Source: a virus (lineage: Duplodnaviria > Caudoviricetes). Taken from it: a stretch of DNA of 64,000 nucleotides. The notes under the pieces are model-generated. The model worked only from the letters and a program-made list of their open reading frames with translations. It was not told the DNA's origin and did no database searches. A program made the translations under genes and the position numbers. The stretch covers positions 154,702-218,701 of the IMG/VR virus record IMGVR_UViG_3300011871_000002. One strand, written 5' to 3'. This document shows positions 18,416-28,251 of this stretch, piece by piece; the first letter of the stretch is position 1; each line of letters opens with the position of its first letter.

Positions 18416-19201
18416 ATGGCAATCAAGTCAGATTCCTGGATCAAACGCCAGTGCATGGTGCCAACTTTTGTAGTATATCGCTACGTCGTAAAAGGTAGCG
18501 AGATGGTGTGCGACGACGGCGAGTACAGCTGGAGCGACGAACTCACCCTTGCTCGCCAAGCGGCCACTGGCGGCATCCATAGCTTCCGCGCGTTGACCGA
18601 AGAAGAAAAGATCAACTTCAGGCCCATGATCGAACCGTTCTCGCCGACTCAAGTACGTACTCAACAAACACTGCGTACTCGCGGAGGTACGATCGATCTC
18701 GAAACTGGAATCGACACGCCAATGCCGGGAGAAAAGATCATCTCGTGGGGGCTCACATCCATGGGCTACGATGTTCGTTTGGCAGATACGTACAAGGTGT
18801 TCTCCAACATCAACAACGCCATCATCGATCCACTCAGGATGAGTGACGACTGCTATGTCGACCGTCAAGGGGAATTCTGTATCATCCCACCGAATAGTTA
18901 CATCCTCGGCCACACGATCGAAACCTTCGACATCCCTCGCGACGTGATTGCAGTATGTGTGGGTAAATCCACATACGCGCGCGCTGGTATTGCGATCAAC
19001 GTAACCCCCATTGAGCCTGGTTTTAAGGGACAGGTCGTGATCGAGATTGCTAACCAGACTCCACTCCCTGCAAAAGTTTACGCGGGTATGGGGATCGCTC
19101 AGTTCCTCTTCTACCAGTCGGACGAGCCGTGTGAAGTGTCGTACGCCGATCGCGATGGAAAGTATCAGAATCAAAAAGGTATCACCACAGCCCGAGTTTA
19201 A
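18416..19201 (+). CDS. dcd: dCTP deaminase (with N-terminal insertions)
   Basis: IKSDSWI, ISWGLTSMGYDVRL, GKSTYARAG, VTPIEPGFKG, SYADRDGKYQNQ. Confidence 0.92.
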   Translation: MAIKSDSWIKRQCMVPTFVVYRYVVKGSEMVCDDGEYSWSDELTLARQAATGGIHSFRALTEEEKINFRPMIEPFSPTQVRTQQTLRTRGGTIDLETGIDTPMPGEKIISWGLTSMGYDVRLADTYKVFSNINNAIIDPLRMSDDCYVDRQGEFCIIPPNSYILGHTIETFDIPRDVIAVCVGKSTYARAGIAINVTPIEPGFKGQVVIEIANQTPLPAKVYAGMGIAQFLFYQSDEPCEVSYADRDGKYQNQKGITTARV

Positions 19202-19211
19202 TGGAGGAACC

Positions 19212-19688
19212 GTGAAGTATCCATACATCAGTATCGGTATCGGCGGTCATGAATTCCACCAAGGCGTGGATGGACCGTGTCCAGTAGAGAAAATACACGA
19301 CCAAGATAAACCAGAGTTGTTTTGTAAGGTTCCTTTTCTGCTGCGCCGTGCGGACGAGGACCTTCTGGATCTTCGGTATGTAGCGGGTGATCCAGTGACA
19401 ATCGATGGGGTGGAATACGTGGCGTATTACGCCAAGCAGTTAGTGTCTCGTTTATCCGTATCGGGTCGTTACGTTTTGAAAATGAGCGCTAGTGAAGTAG
19501 AAGACTGTATCAATGCAGTCAAGATGCTTTACGGTGACGAGCGGCTTGCCGTGATTTCTGAACTAGGTATCGGGTTTATCGGAGAGAACCACGGCGCCAT
19601 CAAGTACGCTACCAATATGCTTGTTCCATTGGCATATTCTCGTGGTGGCGTGGAATTCATTTTCGATGTAGAAGAGCAAACGGCATAA
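19212..19688 (+). CDS. Shortened paralogue of the virion protein at 61422-62273
   Basis: IGIGGH, VPFLLR..DEDL, YVAYYAKQL, AVISEL correspond to IGNGGH, IPFVLREITDDL, YYAYYLKRM, AIISEI. Confidence 0.7.
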   Translation: MKYPYISIGIGGHEFHQGVDGPCPVEKIHDQDKPELFCKVPFLLRRADEDLLDLRYVAGDPVTIDGVEYVAYYAKQLVSRLSVSGRYVLKMSASEVEDCINAVKMLYGDERLAVISELGIGFIGENHGAIKYATNMLVPLAYSRGGVEFIFDVEEQTA

Positions 19689-19735
19689 AAACCGAGGGCG
19701 GGGAAACTCGCCCTCTTTTTCCCTAGGAAAACACT

Positions 19736-20236
19736 ATGTTACCACATGGCGATACTTGGCCAGCACACTGCCGGCTTTTCTATGGCAGTGTGGCGATGGC
19801 GCTACGTAAAGCTGAACAACAGCACAAAAAGCTCAGCAGCGTCACGTATGTGTGCCCACACTTCAAGCCTTATAAAAGGCCGGACTTACTCTTTACGCTT
19901 AGCGTGTCAATCCGTTTTACTAAGAAAGCCACGAAAGAAGAGATTGCTAAGCACCTGCCACACGTCAATAGCGTCAACGAGGCACTATTGGCGCGAAGCG
20001 TGCGTGTCAGTATTCCGAACAAACTGGAGCGCTCACTGTTTGGCGATGTGGTCAATCCGTTTTGTGTGACGTTTAGCGAGAAGATCCCGGAACTGATGGG
20101 CGACACCCGCGACTACGTCATGATGTATTCGGACGATGGCGGTGAACACAAAAATACGTGGAGCAGCGTTATCGCAGGTTTTCACATGATCGAATTTCTT
20201 ACCAAAGGAAGAGTGTCATTAAACGACACGCCATGA
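19736..20236 (+). CDS. Hypothetical protein
   Basis: AGGA RBS. Confidence 0.55.
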   Translation: MLPHGDTWPAHCRLFYGSVAMALRKAEQQHKKLSSVTYVCPHFKPYKRPDLLFTLSVSIRFTKKATKEEIAKHLPHVNSVNEALLARSVRVSIPNKLERSLFGDVVNPFCVTFSEKIPELMGDTRDYVMMYSDDGGEHKNTWSSVIAGFHMIEFLTKGRVSLNDTP

Positions 20237-20249
20237 AAAGGGGTAAAAC

Positions 20250-20801
20250 ATGGGTAGTTATGCAAACTTGAAACTGGATGTGAAACTCAAACCCCTCGAC
20301 GAAATCGGCCCTGAAGTCCATAAGCTGCTCGGTATGCTTTTTATAACCGACGAGCACAGCGGGTCGGTAGATATCGCGGATCGACCCTCTTCGTTCTTCC
20401 CGACCCATCCGTTCTGGAAAGAAGAGCGTTTCGACATTATCGGCTACGGCGGTTACGAGCCGCAGTACAGCGATAGGCCGATCGAAGAAGCCAGTTACGA
20501 ACATCCACTGTTGAAGATTCGCTGCTCGGTAAAATACGGTCGCACTACTGTCGAGAATTTTCTCGACTGGCTGACGCCGTATGTAGATTCTGTCACCGAA
20601 GCAGGAGACTTTTATTACTGTAGTGTGTCGGATTACGAGTTGACGAAAACAGTCGTGACTTTTGAAACCAATCCTGAAGGAGTGAAACGTTTTCTCTTCA
20701 CCGAACATTACGATCGAGACGGAGCATGGGAAGGTCGCTATACAGAAGAAAGAAAATGGTGGGTGCGCGTCTATCCGCCGATAAAGTTGAAAAATACCTA
20801 A
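20250..20801 (+). CDS. Hypothetical phage protein
   Basis: RBS present; KY....VENFLDWLTPY motif. Confidence 0.6.
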   Translation: MGSYANLKLDVKLKPLDEIGPEVHKLLGMLFITDEHSGSVDIADRPSSFFPTHPFWKEERFDIIGYGGYEPQYSDRPIEEASYEHPLLKIRCSVKYGRTTVENFLDWLTPYVDSVTEAGDFYYCSVSDYELTKTVVTFETNPEGVKRFLFTEHYDRDGAWEGRYTEERKWWVRVYPPIKLKNT

Positions 20802-20826
20802 GCTAGGTATCGGATAGGAGGGGAAA

Positions 20827-21102
20827 ATGAAAGACCATCAAATCCGAGAAAAGATCAACGAAGTCCACCGTATCTGTTTGACATACCACGGCATGGGGCA
20901 ATTGCGCCAACGAATTGCTTCAGCGCTCGTCCCCTGTCTGGGTCGCAAACCTGTCGAACCCAGTAACGAAGAGTTGCTGAAGATGATCGGTGAAAATACC
21001 GGCAAGCGCATCAATCTTGGACTGGACGATTTGGACCAATACTTGAGTGTAGCGCGCGCCGCGATCAAACTGGCTCGGCAGAAAGGCGAGGAAGAAAGAT
21101 GA
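20827..21102 (+). CDS. Hypothetical protein
   Basis: GGAGG RBS. Confidence 0.6.
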   Translation: MKDHQIREKINEVHRICLTYHGMGQLRQRIASALVPCLGRKPVEPSNEELLKMIGENTGKRINLGLDDLDQYLSVARAAIKLARQKGEEER

Positions 21103-21326
21103 GTGCCTTAGTTTTCGATATCAAAACCGACAAGCTGATGAAGCTGTCCGATATCCTGAAGGTATTGGAAAAGGCGGGTGTGGTATTGTCGCGTGCTACC
21201 ATGGCGCGATGGATTAAGACGGGTTACTTCCCGCGATGCGATTTTCACATTGGTGGAAGTGGCCGCTGGGCGGAGAGTACCTTTAAGCGCTGGCTCGAAC
21301 AATGCGTGAAAGACGCATCGAAATAA
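21099..21326 (+). CDS. AlpA/excisionase-like HTH DNA-binding protein
   Basis: LSRATMARWIKTGYFP...IGG..RWAES....WL. Confidence 0.75.
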   Translation: MSALVFDIKTDKLMKLSDILKVLEKAGVVLSRATMARWIKTGYFPRCDFHIGGSGRWAESTFKRWLEQCVKDASK

Positions 21327-21334
21327 GTTACAAA

Positions 21335-21344
21335 CACATATCAC
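21335..21344 (+). promoter_or_regulatory. Putative early promoter (CACATATCAC)
   Basis: Repeated motif. Confidence 0.55.
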
Positions 21345-21505
21345 CAGATTGACATAGCGCACCATGTTGCCCTATGCCCCTATTTGGAGGGTCGCTTTCA
21401 TAGCTGTCCTCCAAACCCTCCGAAGACCAAGAATGTGTCTTCGGCTTCAACCCGATCTAACCCACACATGAGTTGGGAGCGATCAACTCTTAATGAGGAA
21501 ATACC

Positions 21506-22297
21506 ATGAAATCCATTTACACCCTGACTCTGCCGTTCGGTGCTATTCAATTCACCACGTTGCCTTCCGTGGTGAACGACATCCATGCACTCCCCCACTA
21601 CGCCATGACGCTCAAATACAAGCGTCGGGAAAATGGCGGAGAAGGGCCTGCCGCCGCGGAATTCCCTTTCGGCCTCAAGCTTGACCACCTCGATGAGAAA
21701 GTCCTCAAGACCAACAACATCAAGGCGGGTATATTCAAGATCAATGAGAGCGCATTTGATCTCATCGAGGAAGCAATCCGCTATGCTCTTTCCCAGAAAG
21801 ACATTCGAAACATGATCCGTAATGAGGTCGATCCGGATACCAGTGTCGCCGGCATGGAGTATGTTCTGGAGCCTTTCAGTGCTTCGCAGAAGACGGCGTT
21901 CATGACGGCCGCATACGTGGCACTCACCGATCGAGTCAGCCAGATCATGGTAGACTACGGTCCAGCAGTCAACCCTGTCGAGAAAGTCGTCATCGATCTT
22001 GGCAATGGTGTCAAGTTACTCAGCCGACCGACATATCTGCCGGCACCGGAAGCGAACGAGCGCCAGATCCGGGGCACCATCGAAATCAGTGGCAAGCTGC
22101 AAAACTTCACGGTTGGTCGCACGCGCGCCATGCCTTTCAAGAAACACGTGACTTGCGACGTGGTGCAGGACGCATACAGCTACGCGTACGACGAATTGCA
22201 AAAGCTGGCATCCTTCAGGGCACTTAACCTGTCACCGGTCCTGTCGTTCGTGGATGACAACGAAGAACTGCCGTTTGCCGAACCCAGCCAAGAGTAA
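21506..22297 (+). CDS. Hypothetical protein
   Basis: GAGG RBS; followed by hairpin terminator. Confidence 0.7.
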   Translation: MKSIYTLTLPFGAIQFTTLPSVVNDIHALPHYAMTLKYKRRENGGEGPAAAEFPFGLKLDHLDEKVLKTNNIKAGIFKINESAFDLIEEAIRYALSQKDIRNMIRNEVDPDTSVAGMEYVLEPFSASQKTAFMTAAYVALTDRVSQIMVDYGPAVNPVEKVVIDLGNGVKLLSRPTYLPAPEANERQIRGTIEISGKLQNFTVGRTRAMPFKKHVTCDVVQDAYSYAYDELQKLASFRALNLSPVLSFVDDNEELPFAEPSQE

Positions 22298-22376
22298 TAC
22301 CCTGTAACTGAAAAGCCGGGTTCGCTCGGCTTTTCTTTATTCCCTGTCCTTTACCTTTACTGCTCTAGGATTACCA

Positions 22377-23054
22377 ATGAATCTGTTCACCCCCATTTTG
22401 ACGCCAGCTGGTCGCCTCAACATCGTCACTGACGATATGCCACTGGGACATGTACGCGACATCCCGAATATGCAACTCTACGTCCAACCCAAAGATGTCA
22501 ACGACCGTAGTTCCATCATCGCTATTCCCTACCGCCTGATCGGCGTAGGTCGCCGCCGTGATGTGATGGAAAAAGCAGTTAGGCTGCTGCTACCGCTCGT
22601 CCAAGCCCAAATGGAAGAGAAGGCATTCATCGACGAGTACGGCGATTGCCGTTTGGTGACCTTCGGTGGCGAACCCAACGCTCGCCAAGCGCTGGAGCGC
22701 GCTATCCTCGATTCGATGTCAGGTCCAAGTAACATCTTCTACCAAACCCATGGCATCGGCAAGGAACGGACTTACTCGAACCGCTTGGTAATGGCGGTGA
22801 CCAATGGCGTGAACATCTGCACCTACACGGAACCAGAAGACTACGAGAAAATCCTGTCCGCACCCTATAAACCCAACGAAATGGTGGGCACGCTCAGCGT
22901 CTTCGGGCGCGAGTCTTACTGCCTGCTGTCCCACAACTTCTTCCATCTGCGCCGCTTTAGCGGTGACGCGTGGAAAAAGACAGTGGAAGAACGCTTGAAC
23001 GAAATCTTCCCCTTCCTCGTGCCGACCGGTATGTTCCATAGTCTGAAGTTTTAA
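22377..23054 (+). CDS. Hypothetical protein
   Basis: AGGA RBS. Confidence 0.7.
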   Translation: MNLFTPILTPAGRLNIVTDDMPLGHVRDIPNMQLYVQPKDVNDRSSIIAIPYRLIGVGRRRDVMEKAVRLLLPLVQAQMEEKAFIDEYGDCRLVTFGGEPNARQALERAILDSMSGPSNIFYQTHGIGKERTYSNRLVMAVTNGVNICTYTEPEDYEKILSAPYKPNEMVGTLSVFGRESYCLLSHNFFHLRRFSGDAWKKTVEERLNEIFPFLVPTGMFHSLKF

Positions 23055-23162
23055 GCACTACCCGTTTCTCCTCGTGGGCCAGCAATGGCCTGCTTTTATA
23101 GCCCCAGTGTATCGGGGCTTTTTTTTTTCCTTCTCATTTCGTTGATTGAAGAAAAAGATAAC

Positions 23163-23172
23163 CACATATAAC
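23163..23172 (+). promoter_or_regulatory. Putative early promoter (CACATATAAC)
   Basis: Repeated motif after A-rich tract. Confidence 0.55.
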
Positions 23173-23229
23173 CAGCAGGAAGTAACGTAGTTATCTTTGT
23201 CTCAATCACTTATTTTGAAGGGAATTACC

Positions 23230-23583
23230 ATGAACACCGCTACCGCCAATACCAATACCAACATCCTCGCTGCTCACGTGGGCGCCGCTACCCTGGCTGC
23301 CGCGATCCCGGCACCGACCATGAAGGACATCATCCCGCTGGGCTTCACCGGGATGCTCATCATGAATGGTGACAACAGTGGCCTGCCGCTGCGCATCCAG
23401 AACGAACTGCGCGAATCGACCATCGAACAGCTGGAGCAGCGCAAGCAAGAAGCTGCCAGCTACGGCGTCGCCGCCTCGCGCTACTTCACGCAAGAAGACC
23501 AAGCCAAGCTCGACAAGCTGGTCGCCGAACATGCCGCCGCGAACAGCAAGAGCGGCAACCAAGCAGCACAAAGCAATCCGTAA
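23230..23583 (+). CDS. Hypothetical early protein
   Basis: AGGGA RBS; strongly biased codon usage. Confidence 0.7.
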   Translation: MNTATANTNTNILAAHVGAATLAAAIPAPTMKDIIPLGFTGMLIMNGDNSGLPLRIQNELRESTIEQLEQRKQEAASYGVAASRYFTQEDQAKLDKLVAEHAAANSKSGNQAAQSNP

Positions 23584-23688
23584 TACCGGTGCCGATGAGT
23601 TAATCTCATCGGATACCCTTTGGCGTAAATCAGAAACCAAACATGGAGGCCATTTTTTCTTGGCCTCCTAACAAGAAGGAGAAAAGAA

Positions 23689-24270
23689 ATGAGTAATATC
23701 GACCAGATTCACCACAAGGCTGTCAAGGACAAGATCAAGCAAGGTATCGCCGAGCGCGGCTACCAGTGCGTGACCTTCATCTCGGACAACAACGGCGACC
23801 GGCATCCGTACCACTACACGGTAGGTCTGTCGGCCATGGGTTACGCCGAGATTTTCATCTCGGGTCGTCTGCCTACCACCGTCGCGTACGCCTTCATCGA
23901 CAAGATGGTGGCGCGCTGGAAAGAAGAAAAGGGCGTGGTGCTCGGCAAGTTCGGCCCATTCAAACGGGTCGTGGAAAAGTACGCCCACAAAATGGTCAGC
24001 CGCCGGGCCACGCTCGTGGGGGAGTTTCCAGAACTGGCAAGGCAACGTAACGGCGGCGCTATCCCGATGATGACGGTCTGGGTGTCGACAGACATGCGAC
24101 GCGACATCGACCCGCATTTCATGCAGTTCCTGTACGAGCAGTATCCGGACAATAAGAACATTCCGGTGGTACAGCTGCACTGGCCAGACGACTACGGGCG
24201 CCTGCCGAACTCGCCGGACTACACCACGGACGAGGAGTATCTGCAAGAACTGCTGCCAGCTAAGCAGTAA
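23689..24270 (+). CDS. DUF4262-like protein
   Basis: PYHYTVGL...G..E....G and VQL.WPD..GRLP motifs. Confidence 0.65.
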   Translation: MSNIDQIHHKAVKDKIKQGIAERGYQCVTFISDNNGDRHPYHYTVGLSAMGYAEIFISGRLPTTVAYAFIDKMVARWKEEKGVVLGKFGPFKRVVEKYAHKMVSRRATLVGEFPELARQRNGGAIPMMTVWVSTDMRRDIDPHFMQFLYEQYPDNKNIPVVQLHWPDDYGRLPNSPDYTTDEEYLQELLPAKQ

Positions 24271-24407
24271 AAATACTGGCTCAGTACAGCTATTGAATAC
24301 TGGCTACCATGCGGTAGCCGTTTCCCACCACCTGTTTATTGGAGTACGCGTTTATGCGAGGTAACAGGTGGATTTTTTTCTTGTTGTAACCCATGAGGAG
24401 TTTTACC

Positions 24408-24917
24408 ATGACGTCTGTCTATAAAGCCACTTCCCGTCACGAAGCGCGCATGCCGTTTAGCCTGACCAACACGGTCAACATCATCGCAGCGATCGCTAAC
24501 CGTAACGACACCCTGAGCCGCATCGGCGAAGCACCGTCTTCTGGTCCGAAGCGCCGTGGTTCAGTTGTTCAGGTCAGTACCCATGTCGTTGCTGCGATCT
24601 TCGGACAAAACATCGCTTTCCGGTACTTCGAGACGATGAGTAACCCAGCGGTGCAAGATTTCTTCGATAAACTCGATACCCGGTTGCTGAGTGTGGGTAT
24701 CGCTGTCTCGCGCGGTAAATACTTCTGGACCATCTCGAAGTTCCCCTTGAATCCGGATGGCACGGTATCCGACGAATATACTTACAGCTTGGAAGACCTG
24801 TGCAAACAATCGCCCAATGGTGTGATCCTACAACTGACGCCCATTACCCAGCCGCGTCCTTCGGAACACTCGATTGTCTCGGGCACCCAGTATGTGACGA
24901 TCACCCTGCGTAAATAA
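24408..24917 (+). CDS. Hypothetical protein
   Basis: GAGGAG RBS before ATG 24408. Confidence 0.65.
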   Translation: MTSVYKATSRHEARMPFSLTNTVNIIAAIANRNDTLSRIGEAPSSGPKRRGSVVQVSTHVVAAIFGQNIAFRYFETMSNPAVQDFFDKLDTRLLSVGIAVSRGKYFWTISKFPLNPDGTVSDEYTYSLEDLCKQSPNGVILQLTPITQPRPSEHSIVSGTQYVTITLRK

Positions 24918-24962
24918 TCAACCACAACTAGGACGAGGGGAGGTAACTCCCCTTGCAATGCT

Positions 24963-25199
24963 ATGCTCATGGATATCCCTGTTCTCCCGGCCGACGGTGA
25001 GAGTGTTGAAGAAGTCGAAGTCGCACAAGACCATCCAGGTTTCCGCCCACCGGATGGCCGCTGGATTTGCCGCTGCGGCACCGGCAACAAAGCAGCCGCG
25101 GAACGTTGCGTGAGCAACGCCTGCGGCCAGCTCCACCGGCGTCATTCGCTCCAGTGGTTGGCAACGGACAGGGGTTCGAAGCATTACGCAGGCAAGTAA
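24963..25199 (+). CDS. Small zinc-ribbon-like protein
   Basis: W.C.CG..N.....C....C pattern (RanBP2-like). Confidence 0.45.
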   Translation: MLMDIPVLPADGESVEEVEVAQDHPGFRPPDGRWICRCGTGNKAAAERCVSNACGQLHRRHSLQWLATDRGSKHYAGK

Positions 25200-25301
25200 G
25201 GCATCGGTGCCGGGATAAAACCCGGCACTTATGCCGGATTCGCAAAGATTACTAGCTTGACCTAACTATTGGATTGTAGGAGCACACGAGGAATGAACAT
25301 C

Positions 25302-26231
25302 ATGAAACCAAACAGCAACCCGAAATTGAGAATTTTTGTTGACAGCCTGCTTGCTCGGTTGCAACCCCATTCGGTACGTCTGTGCCGTAACTTTGTCGTC
25401 AACCATTACGCCATCAACGACACCTATGCTTTTTCTTTCGAAGAAGACCCCACTTCCCCCTACGCTACGCCGAGTCGCGTGGTACAGGCGTCGTGGGATG
25501 ACAGCGTGCCCGAACAACCCATCAAGCTCATCTTCTTGAACGAGCGCGGCCCGTACACGGAAGGCATCCCGCACTCCATGCCGATGGCGCGCTGCGCTGG
25601 CGTACAGTCGATGAACGTCGCTGTGTGCGTAACGACGTATCTCAGTACTGGACAATTCGCACCGGTACTCAAGTACGGTCTTACGGAGCGCAAAGGTGCC
25701 GCACCCGTGATCCGACCTCTGTCAGAAGAACAGGTCAAGGCCAACCGCGACGCACTGCGCCAAAGCCGGGCGAAACCCGCCCCGAAAGCACTGGGCATCG
25801 GGGAACGCATTATTCTGGCAGTAACGAAGTACCGTCTGTACCACCTCTGGAATCCGATCGAAAGCGAGAAGTTCCCGGAAGTGAACATTGACGATTATCT
25901 CGGAGACATGAACATGTGCGGTGTGCCGCGTTTCGAGTCGCAGCTCACGCAGAACCACGTGAACACGATCCGCAACGCCACCACGGTCGATCCTGCTAGG
26001 GCGATCATTCCAGAAAGCCTGCGCTCCGACCTGCGCAAGAAAACGAAGGTGCTCCACATGCAACTGCCAAGCCGTGTGAAGCACATTCTGTTGTCCAACG
26101 ACCTCTACGTCGCTGGGCAGCTCACATGCCGTACTGTTGCAGAAATGAAGAAGCTGCGCGGTCTCGGTAAGTTGTCGTTGCAGCAAATCCAGAGCGAATT
26201 GACGCGACTCAATCTCGCCTTTAGATCGTAA
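25302..26231 (+). CDS. Protein with C-terminal RNA polymerase alpha-CTD-like domain
   Basis: LPSRVKHILLSNDLYVAGQL....VAEMKKLRGLGKLSLQQIQSEL matches alpha-CTD LxVRxxNCL...I..I.DL......L....NLG.KSL.EI. Confidence 0.7.
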   Translation: MKPNSNPKLRIFVDSLLARLQPHSVRLCRNFVVNHYAINDTYAFSFEEDPTSPYATPSRVVQASWDDSVPEQPIKLIFLNERGPYTEGIPHSMPMARCAGVQSMNVAVCVTTYLSTGQFAPVLKYGLTERKGAAPVIRPLSEEQVKANRDALRQSRAKPAPKALGIGERIILAVTKYRLYHLWNPIESEKFPEVNIDDYLGDMNMCGVPRFESQLTQNHVNTIRNATTVDPARAIIPESLRSDLRKKTKVLHMQLPSRVKHILLSNDLYVAGQLTCRTVAEMKKLRGLGKLSLQQIQSELTRLNLAFRS

Positions 26232-26255
26232 CTAGAAAAGAAAGAGGAAAGAAAC

Positions 26256-26591
26256 ATGGAACGTGAGAACGAAAATCAAAAGCCCAGTGACGTTGGCGAA
26301 GAAGTTCGCAAGTTGTGGCTCGACACAATGGGTGATGCGTTCTTCGATGAACTGAGTGTCATCCTGAACAAACGCCGCAGCCAGCTGAACTGCAACAACA
26401 AGGCTGACCCCGACAAGCGTTACGAGGTCGTCACCTGGCGGGTCGATAAGGAAGGCTTTGCCGTCGACCACCACCCCGTGAGCGGCCACGCGGCGCTGTA
26501 CGAAGCAGAAGCCGCCCAGCAGCGTCTCAACACCCGCGCCATCTACGCCGACATCGTCGCCCTGCAACGCAAACACAATCTCGTGAAATAA
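26256..26591 (+). CDS. Hypothetical protein
   Basis: GAGG RBS. Confidence 0.65.
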   Translation: MERENENQKPSDVGEEVRKLWLDTMGDAFFDELSVILNKRRSQLNCNNKADPDKRYEVVTWRVDKEGFAVDHHPVSGHAALYEAEAAQQRLNTRAIYADIVALQRKHNLVK

Positions 26592-26601
26592 GGAAAAGAA
26601 C

Positions 26602-27087
26602 ATGAAAAACATCAACGTCACCACTTTCGCTAACAACAAGCCGGTCCCGCAACACGTCGTCGGCATTACTGCCGCCATCATCGAAGAGAGCAAAAGCCTC
26701 AGTGTCGGCGCGCTGAACATCGAGCACCACTACCAAGGCATGGCCACGACCCGTTACTCGTTCGAGGGCGTGCCGGGCGACTGGTTCAAGATGGAAAAGA
26801 ATTCCCCCCCGGTGGCTGTCTCGCTCTCACACATCACCTATCCAGAAGAAACGCTGGCCGTGACCTACGAAGACCGTCGCCGGCCGAATATCGTGCCGAC
26901 GGTCGGCGGCGCGGTGACCACCTACCCGACCGTCACGCGGCACTACCAGCCAAAAGCCTATCTCGGCCGCAATGCGCTGAACCAGTCCAACAGCCGCGTC
27001 TACGAGACGCAGGTGACGCGCCTGGATGAAGCCAACATCCACACCGACATCTTCCACTTCCTGAACACCGGCGAATTGCCGAAGTAA
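26602..27087 (+). CDS. Hypothetical protein
   Basis: AAGGA RBS. Confidence 0.7.
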   Translation: MKNINVTTFANNKPVPQHVVGITAAIIEESKSLSVGALNIEHHYQGMATTRYSFEGVPGDWFKMEKNSPPVAVSLSHITYPEETLAVTYEDRRRPNIVPTVGGAVTTYPTVTRHYQPKAYLGRNALNQSNSRVYETQVTRLDEANIHTDIFHFLNTGELPK

Positions 27088-27121
27088 GGTTTTATCCACT
27101 GTCGTAACAAGGAGTCTTTCC

Positions 27122-27541
27122 ATGCATCAGCAAGAAAACCAAATCACCATCGTCGTCTCCGGCCCGAATGCTTCGGGCAAAACTGCCATCGTGGGCCTGA
27201 TCGCGGACGTGCTCGTCCACGCAGCCAAGTTCAGTAACGTGAGCATTGCCTATTCGGAACAGACGCGCGAGACCATCAAAGAAAAGGTCGGCGCCCTGAT
27301 CGACGGCAAGATGGACCAAGTGCTGAATAACCCGGTCGTCATTACCGAAACGAACACCTTGGTCAGCACGAAAGACATGGGTCCTCCGTACATGGAGAAT
27401 GGTTTTATCGGTCACTACAGGCGTGGCATCAGCATGGCTACCGTCGTGTGGTCGAAGACGAAAGAAACGCTACCGACAGGTGTTGACCTGAAGCTCAACA
27501 CCGAAGACTCGCTCGCACCACGCGACTCGCCAAGTTACTGA
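27122..27541 (+). CDS. Small P-loop-containing protein related to paralogue family B
   Basis: ITIVVSGPNASGKTAIVGLIADVL...FSNV; LNNPVVITE. Confidence 0.6.
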   Translation: MHQQENQITIVVSGPNASGKTAIVGLIADVLVHAAKFSNVSIAYSEQTRETIKEKVGALIDGKMDQVLNNPVVITETNTLVSTKDMGPPYMENGFIGHYRRGISMATVVWSKTKETLPTGVDLKLNTEDSLAPRDSPSY

Positions 27542-27574
27542 TTCATTCAAGTAGCTACTCAAAATAATTACAGT

Positions 27575-27584
27575 CGCATATCAC
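27575..27584 (+). promoter_or_regulatory. Putative early promoter (CGCATATCAC)
   Basis: Repeated motif; upstream AATTACAGTC shared with the 50921 copy. Confidence 0.6.
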
Positions 27585-27649
27585 CCAGCGGTAAGGAAAA
27601 ACTCCTTGCCGCTTTTCATTAACCATACAAGAAAGAAGGGAGAAGTATC

Positions 27650-27883
27650 ATGGCAATGACTATCGCTAATGGCGATGCATTCCGTAAAGCGTGCGCGGAA
27701 AACAACATCACCGAACTCAAGCTCGCTTTTGGCATCGCAAGCTATGTCGATAAAAACGTGACCTCGGCATCGCAGTGCGCCACCAGCGTGCGCAACCTGC
27801 GCAAAGAACTGGGCCGTGCGGCGATGTCGGACAAGGTGCTGGCCAAGGGGCTGGCAATCATCGAACTGGCAAAGAAGGAGTAA
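27650..27883 (+). CDS. Hypothetical early protein
   Basis: GGGAG RBS. Confidence 0.65.
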   Translation: MAMTIANGDAFRKACAENNITELKLAFGIASYVDKNVTSASQCATSVRNLRKELGRAAMSDKVLAKGLAIIELAKKE

Positions 27884-27887
27884 GAAC

Positions 27888-28217
27888 GTGGCCAACCAAG
27901 AAACCATCAACCTGCTGGCACGCGCCGCTGCCGCACTCGAAACCCCGGATGACCTGTCGGCGGACGAAAAGACCGAATTGGCATCCGACCTGCGCGCAGC
28001 TGAAGAAGAAATGCGTGACGAACTGGGTGGCAACAAGCTGCATCTGCGCGCCATCGTCGACATCAAGTACAATCTCGATGGTACTGAAGTCGGTACGTTA
28101 CGCGAGTATCTGGAAAGAGCCATCACCAATATGTTCGGTGAGGGCTACATCACCCGCGATACCCCGGCGACGGTTGATACCTGGGAAATTGTTACCCAGA
28201 TCGTCATCACCGAGTAA
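27888..28217 (+). CDS. Hypothetical protein
   Basis: GTG start after AAGGAG. Confidence 0.65.
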   Translation: MANQETINLLARAAAALETPDDLSADEKTELASDLRAAEEEMRDELGGNKLHLRAIVDIKYNLDGTEVGTLREYLERAITNMFGEGYITRDTPATVDTWEIVTQIVITE

Positions 28218-28251
28218 CACCCCATCAACATTAAGAAAGAGGAGAAATACC

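Noticed and set aside
21099-21326. Prophage/integration module implied by the AlpA/Xis-like gene
   Set aside because: No integrase or att-like context in the window; surrounding content is lytic jumbo-phage type
27775-28251. Long N-terminal extension of ORF 27775-29121
   Set aside because: Overlaps two better-supported genes; strong RBS at ATG 28252
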